Of a stretch of 64,000 nt of DNA, positions 39,039 to 48,951 are shown piece by piece. Location: contig JBDHHR010000002.1 of NCBI GenBank assembly GCA_039589295.1, positions 18,442-82,441 on the forward strand. The letters run 5' to 3'. The notes below the pieces were generated by a model that was not told where the DNA came from, made no database searches, and saw nothing but the letters and a program-made list of their open reading frames with translations. Position 1 is the first letter of the stretch. Every line of letters starts with the position of its first letter. The stretch is from Gemmatimonadota bacterium. GTDB lineage: Bacteria; Gemmatimonadota; Gemmatimonadetes; Palauibacterales; Palauibacteraceae. The translations under genes and the position numbers were made by a program.

Positions 39039-39965
39039 ATGACTGAGGCAGGGTTGAGCATCAGGGATCAACGTCCCCGTAAGTCACTGTGGCAGAAGAT
39101 AGTGGACGTTTCCCTCACGGACGTGTCGGTTCTGGTCAAGGGGCTGGATGAGGGGACACTGGAACGTCTTGAACAGGTGCTGCTGGAGGCGGATTTCGGG
39201 GTCGAAGCGACGCTCTACCTGTTGGGGGAACTGGAGCGAGCGGCGCAACGCGGTCGAGTCAGGACCGAGGCAGACCTGCGTGCGCTGCTCGGGCAGCGGA
39301 TCCGTGACGTGTTGGCCGCGGCCGGAGGCCGGCCGGGTCCGGATGCGTCCGCCAGGCCCTGGATTACCCTGGTGCTGGGCGTGAACGGAACGGGGAAGAC
39401 GACCTCCGTCGCGAAACTGGCTCGGCGCGCTCAGGAAGCCGGCGAGAAAGTGCTGCTGGCCGCGACGGATACGTTCCGCAGCGGGGCGCAGGAGCAGCTG
39501 CGGATCTGGGCCGAGCGGCTCGGCGCCGGTTTCGTCGGCGGCCAGGCGGGAGGAGATCCGGCCGCCGTGGCTTACGATGCGGCGGAGGCGGCCCTGGCCC
39601 GCGGCCTGGACCAGGTGATCGTGGACACGGCCGGTCGGCTCCAGACGCAGAAGGGGCTGATGGAAGAAGTGCGGAAGATCGATCGTGTACTCGGACGCCT
39701 GGTTCCGGGCGCCCCGCATGAGAGACTGCTGGTGGTGGACGCCACCTCGGGCCAGAACGTCCTGAGCCAGGCTTGGGAGTTCGGCCGGGAGCTTCCGCTC
39801 ACCGGAATCGTGCTGGCCAAGTTCGACAGCTCGGCGCGGGGCGGAACGGCCGTGGCGGTTGCTCGCGAGTATCACGTGCCGGTGCGGTATCTGGGGACTG
39901 GAGAAGGAGCAGCCGACCTCGAGCCCTTCGATCCCGACCGGTACGTGGAAAAACTCCTGGGCTGA
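39039..39965 (+). CDS. ftsY: signal recognition particle receptor FtsY
   Basis: NG domain with GVNGTGKTTS, DTAGR and the SRP GTPase motifs. Confidence 0.9.
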   Translation: MTEAGLSIRDQRPRKSLWQKIVDVSLTDVSVLVKGLDEGTLERLEQVLLEADFGVEATLYLLGELERAAQRGRVRTEADLRALLGQRIRDVLAAAGGRPGPDASARPWITLVLGVNGTGKTTSVAKLARRAQEAGEKVLLAATDTFRSGAQEQLRIWAERLGAGFVGGQAGGDPAAVAYDAAEAALARGLDQVIVDTAGRLQTQKGLMEEVRKIDRVLGRLVPGAPHERLLVVDATSGQNVLSQAWEFGRELPLTGIVLAKFDSSARGGTAVAVAREYHVPVRYLGTGEGAADLEPFDPDRYVEKLLG

Positions 39966-39981
39966 GCGGCAGGCTTGGAGA

Positions 39982-42057
39982 ATGACCCGGCGCCGCACGC
40001 TGCAACGGTCTGTCCAGTATCTCAAAGGGGTAGGGCCCCGCCGGGCGGAACGCTTCGCCCGCCTGGGGATCAGGACGGCCCGCGACCTGCTGTACCATGT
40101 TCCCCATCGATACGAGGACGCCACGACCGTCGCCGAGATCGCATCCCTTCGTCCCGGCGATGAAGCCAGCGTGATCGGGCGCGTCGTCTCGCAGGGAGTG
40201 CTCGCCACGCGCAAGGGCCTGCGGATATTCCATGCGGTGCTGCGGGACGGATCCGGAGTCATCGAGTGCGCCTGGCCGGGTCAGCCGTGGCTCGACAACA
40301 AGCTGAGGCGCGGCGACCTGCTCCTCGTATCCGGGTCGGTGCACTTCTTCCACGGTCGACAACTCCGGCCCCGCGAATTCATCGTTCTGGACTCGTCGAG
40401 AGACGACGCGCTCGAGACGGGGCGCGTGTTCTCCATCTACCGGGCGACGGAAGGGCTGAGCCAAAGACAGATCCGGGCGATCCTGCAAGAGAACCTGGGC
40501 GAACTTCTGGCCGAAGTGGAGCACGAAGAGCTCTTCTCCGCACAGTGGCGGTCGGCTCTGGGCCTCGTGCACCTGCGCGAGGCCCTGGAGACCATGCACC
40601 GTCCCCGCAGTCTCGATGAGATAGAGGGGGCTCGACGCCGCATAGCGTACGAGGAGCTCTTCTTCCTGCAGCTCCTTCACGCCCGGGCGAGGCACGAGGT
40701 CCGCGGCCGGACCGCGGGCATCAGCTTCAGCGCACCCGCGGAACTCTCCGGACGTTTCCTGGAGGGGCTGCCGTTCAGCCTCACTTCAGCCCAGCTCCTG
40801 GCCTGGGAGGAGATTTGGGCCGACATGGAGAGCGGGGACCGGATGTACCGGCTTCTCCAGGGGGATGTCGGCAGCGGCAAGACGGTTATCGCAGCGGCTG
40901 GGATGCTCAAAGCCGTGGAGAACGGCCGGCAGGCCGCGATCATGGCGCCCACCGAGCTCCTGGCGGAGCAGCACCACCGCACGCTCAGCGAGCTCATGTC
41001 GGCCCTGGACGTGGAACCACGCCTGCTTACCGGATCCGTCGGCGGCAGGAAGCGAGAAGACATCGTGGAGGCGATTCGGGCCGGCGAATCGAGTGTAGTC
41101 GTCGGTACGCACGCCCTGATTCAGGAGGGGATCGAGTTCGGCCTACCGGGCCTCATGATCATCGACGAGCAACACCGGTTCGGGGTCGAGCAGCGGCGGT
41201 CGCTTCGCGACCTCGGCGGCTCGGCCGACACACTGGTCATGTCTGCGACGCCCATCCCGCGTTCCCTCGCTCTGACTCTGTACGGAGACCTGGATCTGTC
41301 GGTCATCGACGAGATGCCTCCGGAACGCAGGCCTGTGATCACGGGGGTTCGCGGCCCCGAGGACCGGGACGCCGCGTTTGAATTCGCCCGAGAGCAGTTG
41401 GCCGCGGGTCGGCAGGCCTACGTCGTTTATCCACTGGTGGAGGAGTCGGAGGTCATACAGGCCAGGGCGGCGGCGGCCGAATTCGAGGAGTTGAAAGATC
41501 GTTTTCCCGAGTTTGCGCTCGGTCTCCTGCACGGCCGCCTCGGTACGACGGAGAAAGACGAAACCATGCGGCGCTTCCTGCGAGGCGAGGTGAATCTGCT
41601 GGTGGCGACTACGGTTATCGAGGTGGGCATAGATGTCCCCAACGCCACAGTAATGCTGATCGAACATGCCGAGCGCTTCGGCCTCGCCCAGCTCCACCAG
41701 CTACGTGGACGTGTCGGCCGTGGTGCCGATCAAAGCTACTGCGTGGCCTTCTACTCGGGCTCCGAGCCGCCGGAGCGATTGCTGGCTTTCGCCCGCACTT
41801 CCGACGGCTTCGAACTGGCGCGGGAGGATTTGAGGCTTCGCGGCGAGGGGAACCTCTTCGGGCTGGAGCAGCACGGGCTCCCGGCCCTCCGCTTCGCCGA
41901 TCTGGAGAAGGACATGGACCTGCTCCAGCACGCCCGGCTGAAGGCTCAGCGGGTCGTTGCCGGGGACCCTGACCTCGCCAGCCAGCCGAACCGCGCCTTC
42001 GCCCGCGAGCTGGCCGAGCGCTACGCTGATCGTGAAGCGCTGTACGGTGTGGGCTGA
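39982..42057 (+). CDS. recG: ATP-dependent DNA helicase RecG
   Basis: Wedge/OB domain plus DEAD-box helicase motifs (GDVGSGKT, DEQHRFG, TATPIPRS). Confidence 0.9.
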   Translation: MTRRRTLQRSVQYLKGVGPRRAERFARLGIRTARDLLYHVPHRYEDATTVAEIASLRPGDEASVIGRVVSQGVLATRKGLRIFHAVLRDGSGVIECAWPGQPWLDNKLRRGDLLLVSGSVHFFHGRQLRPREFIVLDSSRDDALETGRVFSIYRATEGLSQRQIRAILQENLGELLAEVEHEELFSAQWRSALGLVHLREALETMHRPRSLDEIEGARRRIAYEELFFLQLLHARARHEVRGRTAGISFSAPAELSGRFLEGLPFSLTSAQLLAWEEIWADMESGDRMYRLLQGDVGSGKTVIAAAGMLKAVENGRQAAIMAPTELLAEQHHRTLSELMSALDVEPRLLTGSVGGRKREDIVEAIRAGESSVVVGTHALIQEGIEFGLPGLMIIDEQHRFGVEQRRSLRDLGGSADTLVMSATPIPRSLALTLYGDLDLSVIDEMPPERRPVITGVRGPEDRDAAFEFAREQLAAGRQAYVVYPLVEESEVIQARAAAAEFEELKDRFPEFALGLLHGRLGTTEKDETMRRFLRGEVNLLVATTVIEVGIDVPNATVMLIEHAERFGLAQLHQLRGRVGRGADQSYCVAFYSGSEPPERLLAFARTSDGFELAREDLRLRGEGNLFGLEQHGLPALRFADLEKDMDLLQHARLKAQRVVAGDPDLASQPNRAFARELAERYADREALYGVG

Positions 42058-42065
42058 GGCTCCTG

Positions 42066-42118
42066 GTAGCATTGACGGCCGGAGTAGCGTTGACGGCCGG
42101 CCGCGGCCCATCTAGCTT
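42066..42118 (+). promoter_or_regulatory. tandem 17-nt direct repeats (GTAGC[A/G]TTGACGGCCGG x2), with the second TTGACG acting as the -35 of a putative asnS promoter (-10 TAGCTT)
   Basis: The repeats lie at 42066-42082 and 42084-42100. The second TTGACG, a 17-nt spacer and TAGCTT sit ~30 nt upstream of the asnS ATG. Confidence 0.45.
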
Positions 42119-42149
42119 CGGCGCCGACCGCAAAAAGCGAACAGACGCC

Positions 42150-43451
42150 ATGACTCACGAGCTGACTACGATCCGCGATCTTCCCGCTCATGAGAGCCGG
42201 TCCGTGAGGTTGAACGGCTGGGTCTCACAGGTTCGCTGCAGCGGTAAGATCGCCTTCCTCATGCTCCGCGACGGAACGGGAGCCGTGCAGGTGGTGGTGG
42301 CGCGGAACGAGGTGGACGGCGCTTCCTGGGAGGCGACCGTCGGCGTCGGCTACGAGGCGAGCGTGACGGTACAGGGGGCCGTACGGCGGGACGAGCGGGC
42401 GAAGGGGGGATACGAGATTTCGGCGACCCGGCTGCAGATCGTCGGCCCTTCGGAGGAATACCCTATCCAGCCCAAGGAGCATGGTGTGGACTTCCTCCTC
42501 AACCATCGCCACCTGTGGCTGCGCCACGGCCGTCAGCGGGCGATCATGCGCATCCGGGACGAAGTGGTGAAGGCGATCCGTGACTTCCTTTACGAGCGGG
42601 ATTTCGTGCTGGTGGACACGCCGATCCTTACCGGAGCGATCGGTGAGTCGGCGGGGACCCTCTTTCAGACCGACTACTTCGATCTGGGAACGGCGTACCT
42701 GGCGCAGACCGGACAGCTGTACGTAGAAGCCGCGGCGGCAGCGCTGGGGAAGGTGTACTGCTTCGGTCCGACGTTCCGGGCCGAGAAATCGAAGACGCGC
42801 CGCCACCTGACGGAGTTCTGGATGGTCGAGCCGGAGGTAGCGTGGCTCGACAGCGAGGGAAACATGCGCCTGCAGGAGGAATTCGTCGCGTACATCGTGC
42901 AGCGCGTGCTTGAGACAAGCGGAGACGAGTTGGAAGTGCTGGACCGCGATACCGCCCGGCTGGAGGCGATAAGGCCGCCCTTCGACCGCCTGAGCTACGG
43001 CGAGGCCCTCGATCTCCTGCGAGAGCGCGGCGGGTCGGCTACCTGGGGAGAGGACCTGGGTGCGGAGGACGAGGTGCTGCTCACCGAGGGACGGACCCTG
43101 CCTCTCTTCGTGTACGACTATCCCAAGGAGGCGAAGGCCTTCTACATGAAGGAGAACCCGGAAGACTCCCGGACCGTGAAGTGCAACGACCTGCTAGCTC
43201 CGGAAGGGTACGGGGAGATCATCGGCGGCAGTCAACGGGAAGACGACTACGTCAGGCTGGCGGCCAGGATCCGGGAGGAGAATCTTCCTGAGGAGACCTA
43301 CGACTGGTACCTGGACCTCCGGCGGTACGGCACGTTTCCGCATAGCGGCTTCGGCCTCGGCCTCGAGAGGACTGTAAGCTGGATCTGCGGGCTTCCCCAC
43401 CTGCGGGAATCAATCGCCTTTCCCCGCATGATGGCCCGAATCACCCCGTGA
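42150..43451 (+). CDS. asnS: asparagine--tRNA ligase
   Basis: Class IIb aaRS with an OB-fold N-terminus, FRAE motif 2 and a C-terminal ...HSGFGLGLERTVSWICGLPHLRESIAFPR. Confidence 0.85.
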   Translation: MTHELTTIRDLPAHESRSVRLNGWVSQVRCSGKIAFLMLRDGTGAVQVVVARNEVDGASWEATVGVGYEASVTVQGAVRRDERAKGGYEISATRLQIVGPSEEYPIQPKEHGVDFLLNHRHLWLRHGRQRAIMRIRDEVVKAIRDFLYERDFVLVDTPILTGAIGESAGTLFQTDYFDLGTAYLAQTGQLYVEAAAAALGKVYCFGPTFRAEKSKTRRHLTEFWMVEPEVAWLDSEGNMRLQEEFVAYIVQRVLETSGDELEVLDRDTARLEAIRPPFDRLSYGEALDLLRERGGSATWGEDLGAEDEVLLTEGRTLPLFVYDYPKEAKAFYMKENPEDSRTVKCNDLLAPEGYGEIIGGSQREDDYVRLAARIREENLPEETYDWYLDLRRYGTFPHSGFGLGLERTVSWICGLPHLRESIAFPRMMARITP

Positions 43452-43589
43452 CGCCGGGACAGCGGTTGACGGCCGCCCGGCCGCGAGCGCCGGACGGGCC
43501 GGCACCCCGTGACTCCCGTGCCGGGTCCGTTCCTTGGGATGCAACTTTTCGTTGTCCGCTGCCGTAGGAATGGGCGGAGAGGAGGGATC

Positions 43590-43865
43590 ATGATCGAGTT
43601 CATCATGCTGGCGGCAGCCGGCGCCGGGATGGGCCTGAGCTTCGTAAAGATCCGCGAGTTCGTACGTACGCGACTGCGCTTCGTAGACACTGCGCAGAGG
43701 CCGTCCGCCCCGTGGATTGCCGCAATCGCCGGCGGGCTGCTGGCCGCACCAGTGGTGGCCTTCCTGCCGGTACTGGGCGGAGGCACGGCTATCGCCTACG
43801 GGATAGTCGTGGGGTTGGGGGTGCGCAGCGGGCAGAAACAGGTTAAGCAGATCACCGGCGGCTGA
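43590..43865 (+). CDS. small membrane protein (hypothetical, 91 aa)
   Basis: Strong GGAGAGGAGGG RBS 5 nt upstream of the ATG. Two or three hydrophobic helices. Confidence 0.55.
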   Translation: MIEFIMLAAAGAGMGLSFVKIREFVRTRLRFVDTAQRPSAPWIAAIAGGLLAAPVVAFLPVLGGGTAIAYGIVVGLGVRSGQKQVKQITGG

Positions 43866-43911
43866 CCTGGGTGCGCCGGATGCAGCCCGGCCTGGTGCCA
43901 CCGACCGGATC

Positions 43912-44808
43912 CTAGCGGCCCTCCGCTTTCACCTCTTCCCACAGCCGATCCAGCTCGGGCAGCGTAGCCTGCCGCGGCTCGAGTCCGTCACGCGCGGCAA
44001 ATTCCAGTAATCGCCGGAATCTGGCCGCGAACTTGGCGGCGGCCCGCTCGAGGGCAGTGGCGGGATGAACTCCCGCCAGACGGCAGACATTGACCGCCGA
44101 GAACAGGAGATCTCCGAGCTCGTCTTCCACAGCATCTGAAGGCCGGCCCGGCTCCTCCCGGTCCGGCTCCGCAGGACCTCGCCCACGGTCCGCCGAGCCC
44201 AGGAGTTCATCCAGCTCGCCGATCTCCTCACGCAGCTTCGCCACCGCCCCGGCCACCCCCGGCCAGTCGAAGTTGAGGGCCGCCGCCCGATCTTGCATGC
44301 GGAGGGCCCGGCTGAGGGGCTCCAGGCCGACGGGAAGGCCGTCGAAGGGGTCGCTCGGCCCGGCATCCGCGCCCTCTCCCGCGCCGCCGCTCTCCCGTTG
44401 TCGCGCCTTGAGCTGCTCCCAGTCGGGAGCCTGTTCATCGTCTCCGTACACATGCGGGTGACGCTCGCGCATCTTCTCCTCGAGCCCGGCGACGACGGAC
44501 GAAGCATCGAACGACTCCCGCTCCTCAGCGAGCACCACCTGGAAGGCCACGTTGAGCAACAGGTCGCCCAGCTCCCGGGCGAGTTCGGGATCGTCCCCGA
44601 TCCGGATGGCGTCTGCCACTTCGTGAGCCTCTTCCAGGAGGTATGGCCGCAAGCTGGACGGCGTCTGTCGCGCGTCCCAGGCGCAGTGCTCCCTCAGGTA
44701 GCGGACTAGGGCCAGACTGCGGCCAAGGGAAACGTCTCCCGGCCGTGCCCGCACCAGGTGCGGCGGAATCGGCGAACCGCCGGTCGTCGTCTGTTGCTCC
44801 TCGGACAT
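43912..44808 (-). CDS. mazG: nucleoside triphosphate pyrophosphohydrolase MazG
   Basis: Two MazG EEhxEhxE-type repeats (LLEEAHEVADAI, LGDLLFSAVNV). The start may be an internal GTG around 44754. Confidence 0.8.
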   Translation of the reverse strand: MSEEQQTTTGGSPIPPHLVRARPGDVSLGRSLALVRYLREHCAWDARQTPSSLRPYLLEEAHEVADAIRIGDDPELARELGDLLLNVAFQVVLAEERESFDASSVVAGLEEKMRERHPHVYGDDEQAPDWEQLKARQRESGGAGEGADAGPSDPFDGLPVGLEPLSRALRMQDRAAALNFDWPGVAGAVAKLREEIGELDELLGSADRGRGPAEPDREEPGRPSDAVEDELGDLLFSAVNVCRLAGVHPATALERAAAKFAARFRRLLEFAARDGLEPRQATLPELDRLWEEVKAEGR

Positions 44809-44822
44809 AGGGCCGGTATACT

Positions 44823-45971
44823 ATGCGCGCCTTGAAAAACGTGTCAAACGAGGCGACTCGAAAGGCTTGGCTTGAGGTCGACCTCGCAGCGCTACGCGCC
44901 AACTGCCGGACCCTGATGCAGCACCTGCCGGAGGGGTGCCGGATCCTCCCCATGGTGAAGGCGGACGGGTACGGCTTGGGCGTGGAAACGGTGGTCGCCA
45001 CCCTCGCCCCACTGAATCCGTGGGGTTTCGGCGTGGCCACGGCCGTGGAGGGCAGGGAGGTCAGGAGCCTGGGGTGGGATCAACATTCGGTCGTGTTCGC
45101 GCCCGGCCTGCCCGAGGACGTACCGGCCCTTTTGACAGAGCGTCTCGAGTCGGCGATTTCCGGCCTCGAGGCGCTGATTTCATGCGCCAATAGAGCGCGC
45201 GGCCTGGGAGCGGCCCTTCCCGTGCACCTGGAGGTGGACACGGGCATGGGCCGGTTCGGACTTCCGTGGCACGAGGCCCGGGTTTGGGCTCCGGAGGTGC
45301 GTCGGATCCTCGAGGAGGGTGGCGTGCACCTCGTGGGCACTTTCACCCACTTCCATTCCGCCGACGTCGATGCAAGCGCTACGCGAGAGCAGTGGCGGAG
45401 GTTCAGCGATGCCGTCGGTGCGTTGCGCACTGTGGGACTGGATCCCGGCCTGATACACGCGGCCAACAGCGCCGGCGCGATGCTGTGTGATGATGTGCAG
45501 GCCGATTTGGTGCGGCCGGGGATCTATCTGTACGGCGGGGGGCGCTGGGAGCCCGCGCCGCGGCCGGTCGTCTCCGTCCGGGCTCGCGTGCTGGACGTGC
45601 GGGCGGTGCCGGCCGGCACCACGGTCGGTTACGGAGCCACGTACACGACGCCGGCGCCTGCCCGGCTGGCTACCCTGGCCATCGGCTACGGTGACGGCCT
45701 GCGGAGGGAGCTGTCGAATCGCGGGGTTGTGTTGATCGGTGGACGGGAGGCACCGATTCGGGGCGTCGTGTGTATGGATTCGATCGTGGCGGATGTTACG
45801 GACCACGGCCCGGTCGCGGCCGGACATTTGGCCACGGTCCTGGGTCGCGAGGGGCCGGGAGAGATAGGGCTGGAGGCGATGGCGGAGACCTGCGGGACGA
45901 TAGGTTACGAGATCCTCACCGGCTGGTCGAAGCGTCTGCCGCGCTTCGCGGTCAACGACACCGATCGCTGA
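44823..45971 (+). CDS. alr: alanine racemase
   Basis: PLP-lysine motif PMVKADGYGLG and the C-terminal beta domain. Start uncertain. Confidence 0.9.
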   Translation: MRALKNVSNEATRKAWLEVDLAALRANCRTLMQHLPEGCRILPMVKADGYGLGVETVVATLAPLNPWGFGVATAVEGREVRSLGWDQHSVVFAPGLPEDVPALLTERLESAISGLEALISCANRARGLGAALPVHLEVDTGMGRFGLPWHEARVWAPEVRRILEEGGVHLVGTFTHFHSADVDASATREQWRRFSDAVGALRTVGLDPGLIHAANSAGAMLCDDVQADLVRPGIYLYGGGRWEPAPRPVVSVRARVLDVRAVPAGTTVGYGATYTTPAPARLATLAIGYGDGLRRELSNRGVVLIGGREAPIRGVVCMDSIVADVTDHGPVAAGHLATVLGREGPGEIGLEAMAETCGTIGYEILTGWSKRLPRFAVNDTDR

Positions 45972-45999
45972 GACGCCTCGGTACCGCACCGGTGAACAG

Positions 46000-46500
46000 T
46001 TGACGCAGGCGATGATGGGACCACAGGACCAACTGAACGAGCTGCGGCAAGCAGCGCTCGACGCGATGCGGCGGGCTCATGCGCCCTATTCTCGCTTCCA
46101 GGTGGGAGCGAGTCTCCAGGCGGAGGACGGGCGCGTGTTCGCCGGGTGCAACGTGGAGAACGCCTCTTATCCGGTGACCATGTGTGCCGAGAGAGTGGCG
46201 CTGGGGACGGCCGTAGCCGCGGGAGCCTCGAGCTTCGGGCGGCTCTTCGTGTGCTCCAGCTCTCCGGACCCGGTCCCGCCTTGCGGAATGTGCCGCCAGG
46301 CGCTCTCCGAGTTCAGTCGGGACCTCGAAGTGGTGAGCGAGGGGACGTCGGGAGCGATAACGACGTGGCGGCTGTCGGAGCTGCTCCCGGCGCCATTCGA
46401 CCTGGAGCCCGACCCGGTCGGCCGGCAAGAGCGCACAGCAACCGGCGAGCCCGTGCCCGGCACCGACGCGCTCGGAAGGGGGGAGGGCGAGGAGGGGTGA
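46000..46500 (+). CDS. cdd: cytidine deaminase
   Basis: CAERVA and PCGMCRQ zinc motifs of a homotetrameric CDA. Confidence 0.85.
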   Translation: MTQAMMGPQDQLNELRQAALDAMRRAHAPYSRFQVGASLQAEDGRVFAGCNVENASYPVTMCAERVALGTAVAAGASSFGRLFVCSSSPDPVPPCGMCRQALSEFSRDLEVVSEGTSGAITTWRLSELLPAPFDLEPDPVGRQERTATGEPVPGTDALGRGEGEEG

Positions 46501-47744
46501 AGGGCCGGACCGTACCGCTTCTGGCGTTGGCGGCGGCCGCCGCCTCGCATGGCTGCACGGAGGAGGCGTTGACGAACCTCAGCAGTGACCTCGCGCCGGG
46601 CGAGTCTCCCCCCACCGTGGAGCTGGTGATCCCGGCGGCTGAGCTCCCCGCGTGGCGCGACACCACTTATGTGGGGTTCGAGATTCCGAGCACGGCCTCC
46701 ATTCGCCTGCTGTCCGACCGGGCGGACCTGCAGGCGAGAATCCTGGGACGATTCAGTACTCTGCCCGATTCGGTCTTCGTGGACACGGTCCGGGTGGCGG
46801 TGGAGATGTTCGACGGGGCGAGGGTGCGGGTCGTTCTGGACACGTCCCGCAGCGTGCTTCCGCCGGAGGGGCTGGAGGCCTCACTGCTACCTCTCACCAG
46901 GAGTTTCCTCGAGGACGAGGCGACGTGGCAGCTCGCTTCCGACGGAGACCCGTGGGACACTCCGGGAGGCGACTTCGGCCAGCCGCTGGGCAGCGCGCTC
47001 ATCTCGGAGCTGACCGACACGATCTTCATCGATCTCGACGTGAACGTTGATTCGGTCCTGACCGCGTGGCGGGATGGCAACGGCGAGCCGGGCTTCGGCC
47101 TCGTGGCGGAGGGCCCGGAGGGCGAACTGCGGGTGAGGAGCATCGGACTCATAGCGGAGGCCCGGCCAGAGGGGTTGGACACCCTCGTGACGGTAACCCG
47201 CGGAGCGGTACCGAACACCCTGGTCTTCGATCCGCCGACTCCTCCGACAGGCACTTCCCTGCGGCTCGTGGGCCTGCCGGCGGCTCGCATCTACTTCGAT
47301 TTCGAGCTGCCCGAGCGTGTGCAGGGTTTGGATCTTCGCGGGTCGACGATCAACCGTGCAGCCATCGAGTTCAGGCCGTTGGCCGCGCCGCAGTCGCCGT
47401 TCACCTTGGACGTGCCGCTCGCGGCTGCCGCCTTCCGACTTCGTGCGGACCCTTTCGAGCTGCACGAGCGAACGCCGATCGGAGAGACTCTCGGTCCGTT
47501 CCTGGTTCTCGACCCGGACTCCTTGGCGGCTGGAGGGGGCCTTCAGCTCCTGATCACTGATTTCGTCCAGGTGTGGGCGGCGGCCGAGCCCGACTCCAGC
47601 CCGGACCTCAGGATAGGAGTCCGACCGTTTCCGGAGGGCCAGGAGCTGGGCTTGTGGGATTTCGGGTCCGTGGAAGATGCAGTGGCGCTTCAGCCGCTGT
47701 TGCGCCTGCTCATTACCCCGCGAGCCGCGTTCCGATTGCCGTGA
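46497..47744 (+). CDS. putative lipoprotein (hypothetical, ~415 aa)
   Basis: The GTG start overlaps the cdd stop (GTGA). The N-terminus has a lipobox-like LLALAAAAASHGC followed by a beta-rich body. No recognisable catalytic motif. Confidence 0.55.
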   Translation: MKGRTVPLLALAAAAASHGCTEEALTNLSSDLAPGESPPTVELVIPAAELPAWRDTTYVGFEIPSTASIRLLSDRADLQARILGRFSTLPDSVFVDTVRVAVEMFDGARVRVVLDTSRSVLPPEGLEASLLPLTRSFLEDEATWQLASDGDPWDTPGGDFGQPLGSALISELTDTIFIDLDVNVDSVLTAWRDGNGEPGFGLVAEGPEGELRVRSIGLIAEARPEGLDTLVTVTRGAVPNTLVFDPPTPPTGTSLRLVGLPAARIYFDFELPERVQGLDLRGSTINRAAIEFRPLAAPQSPFTLDVPLAAAAFRLRADPFELHERTPIGETLGPFLVLDPDSLAAGGGLQLLITDFVQVWAAAEPDSSPDLRIGVRPFPEGQELGLWDFGSVEDAVALQPLLRLLITPRAAFRLP

Positions 47745-47748
47745 GACC

Positions 47749-48951
47749 ATGAGGACCTCGTTTCGAAGCCTGCGGCAGAGTCCCCTGAAGGCGGCCCTCC
47801 TGGCAGCGTTCTGCGGGACAGCTCTCGGCGTGGAAGCGCTTCCCGCTCAGACGCCTGTCACGGCCCTGGGGCTCGGTTATCCGGCGCCACCCATCGACGC
47901 CCGGGCGGCGGCGCTGGGCGGTACGGGGCTCGGCATCGCCGGCGGCTCGTTGTCCGCCCGGAATCCGGCCGATCTGGCGCTCTTCCGCACGCCCATCCTG
48001 GGAATCACCCTGACGCCGGAGGACGCAAGCGTGAAGGCGCCGGGCGCTACCCACGCCACGGGACGCAGCCGCCTGGCAGTCCTGCAGGCGGTCCTGCCGA
48101 TCGGCCGGTGGACGTTCGGGTTGGGTGTGGGTGGCGACCTGGATCAAGACTGGAGCACCATCATCTCGGACACGCTCGAGAGTTCGGTCGGGAAGTTCCC
48201 GTTCGAAGAACGTCGGGAGCACGACGGCGGCCTGAGCAGTGTGAATCTGGTAGTCGGCCGCCGGCTGGGCCCGGTGGCAGTGGGAGCAGCGGTGGACGCT
48301 CTTACGGGAAGCCTCCGCCAGACCTTCCGAAGGGACTTCGAGCCCGACGTCGACGATGCGAACAACGTCATCGGATTCGCGTCCGGAGAGGCTCGCTGGA
48401 GTTACAGTTCCTGGCGCCTGCGGGCCGGCATCACGGCGCAAGTTGCCCGATCTGCCACCCTTGCGGCCGCCATCTCATGGACCGACGAGCTCAGAGCCGA
48501 GCGAGACACCGTAGCGGAGGCCAAGCCGACTCGAAGATTCGACATGCCGCTGGCTCTCGAAGTCGGCGGCAGCGCTCAAGTCTCTCAACGTTTCCTGGCC
48601 ACGGCCGCCGGCGGCTGGAAGGGGTGGTCGGACACGGACGTCTCGGCTCTCCAGTTCGCTTCGGCGGACGTCTGGTGGTTCGGAGTGGGGGTGGAATACG
48701 CAGCCCGCGCTCTGGGAATGCCGCTTCCACTCCGCATCGGCTATCGCCTCGCGGACCTGCCATTCTACGAGGACGGCTTCGGGCAGCTGCGGGAGACGGC
48801 TCTCACGTTCGGCCTCGGCGGCTCGCTGGCCGGCGGCCGGGCGTTGTTCGACGTAGCCCTGGAAATCGGCAGCAGGGGAGACCTCGGGCAGGCAGGCGCC
48901 GAGGAGAGCTTCCAGCGGTTCTCCATCTCACTGGCTCTGATTCAGGAATGA
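47749..48951 (+). CDS. signal-peptide protein, candidate outer-membrane beta-barrel (hypothetical)
   Basis: ATG 5 nt after the upstream stop. Signal peptide (AALLAAFCGTALGVEA) and alternating amphipathic beta-strand-like segments rich in Gly/aromatic residues (WTFGLGVGG, WWFGVGVEY). Confidence 0.55.
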   Translation: MRTSFRSLRQSPLKAALLAAFCGTALGVEALPAQTPVTALGLGYPAPPIDARAAALGGTGLGIAGGSLSARNPADLALFRTPILGITLTPEDASVKAPGATHATGRSRLAVLQAVLPIGRWTFGLGVGGDLDQDWSTIISDTLESSVGKFPFEERREHDGGLSSVNLVVGRRLGPVAVGAAVDALTGSLRQTFRRDFEPDVDDANNVIGFASGEARWSYSSWRLRAGITAQVARSATLAAAISWTDELRAERDTVAEAKPTRRFDMPLALEVGGSAQVSQRFLATAAGGWKGWSDTDVSALQFASADVWWFGVGVEYAARALGMPLPLRIGYRLADLPFYEDGFGQLRETALTFGLGGSLAGGRALFDVALEIGSRGDLGQAGAEESFQRFSISLALIQE

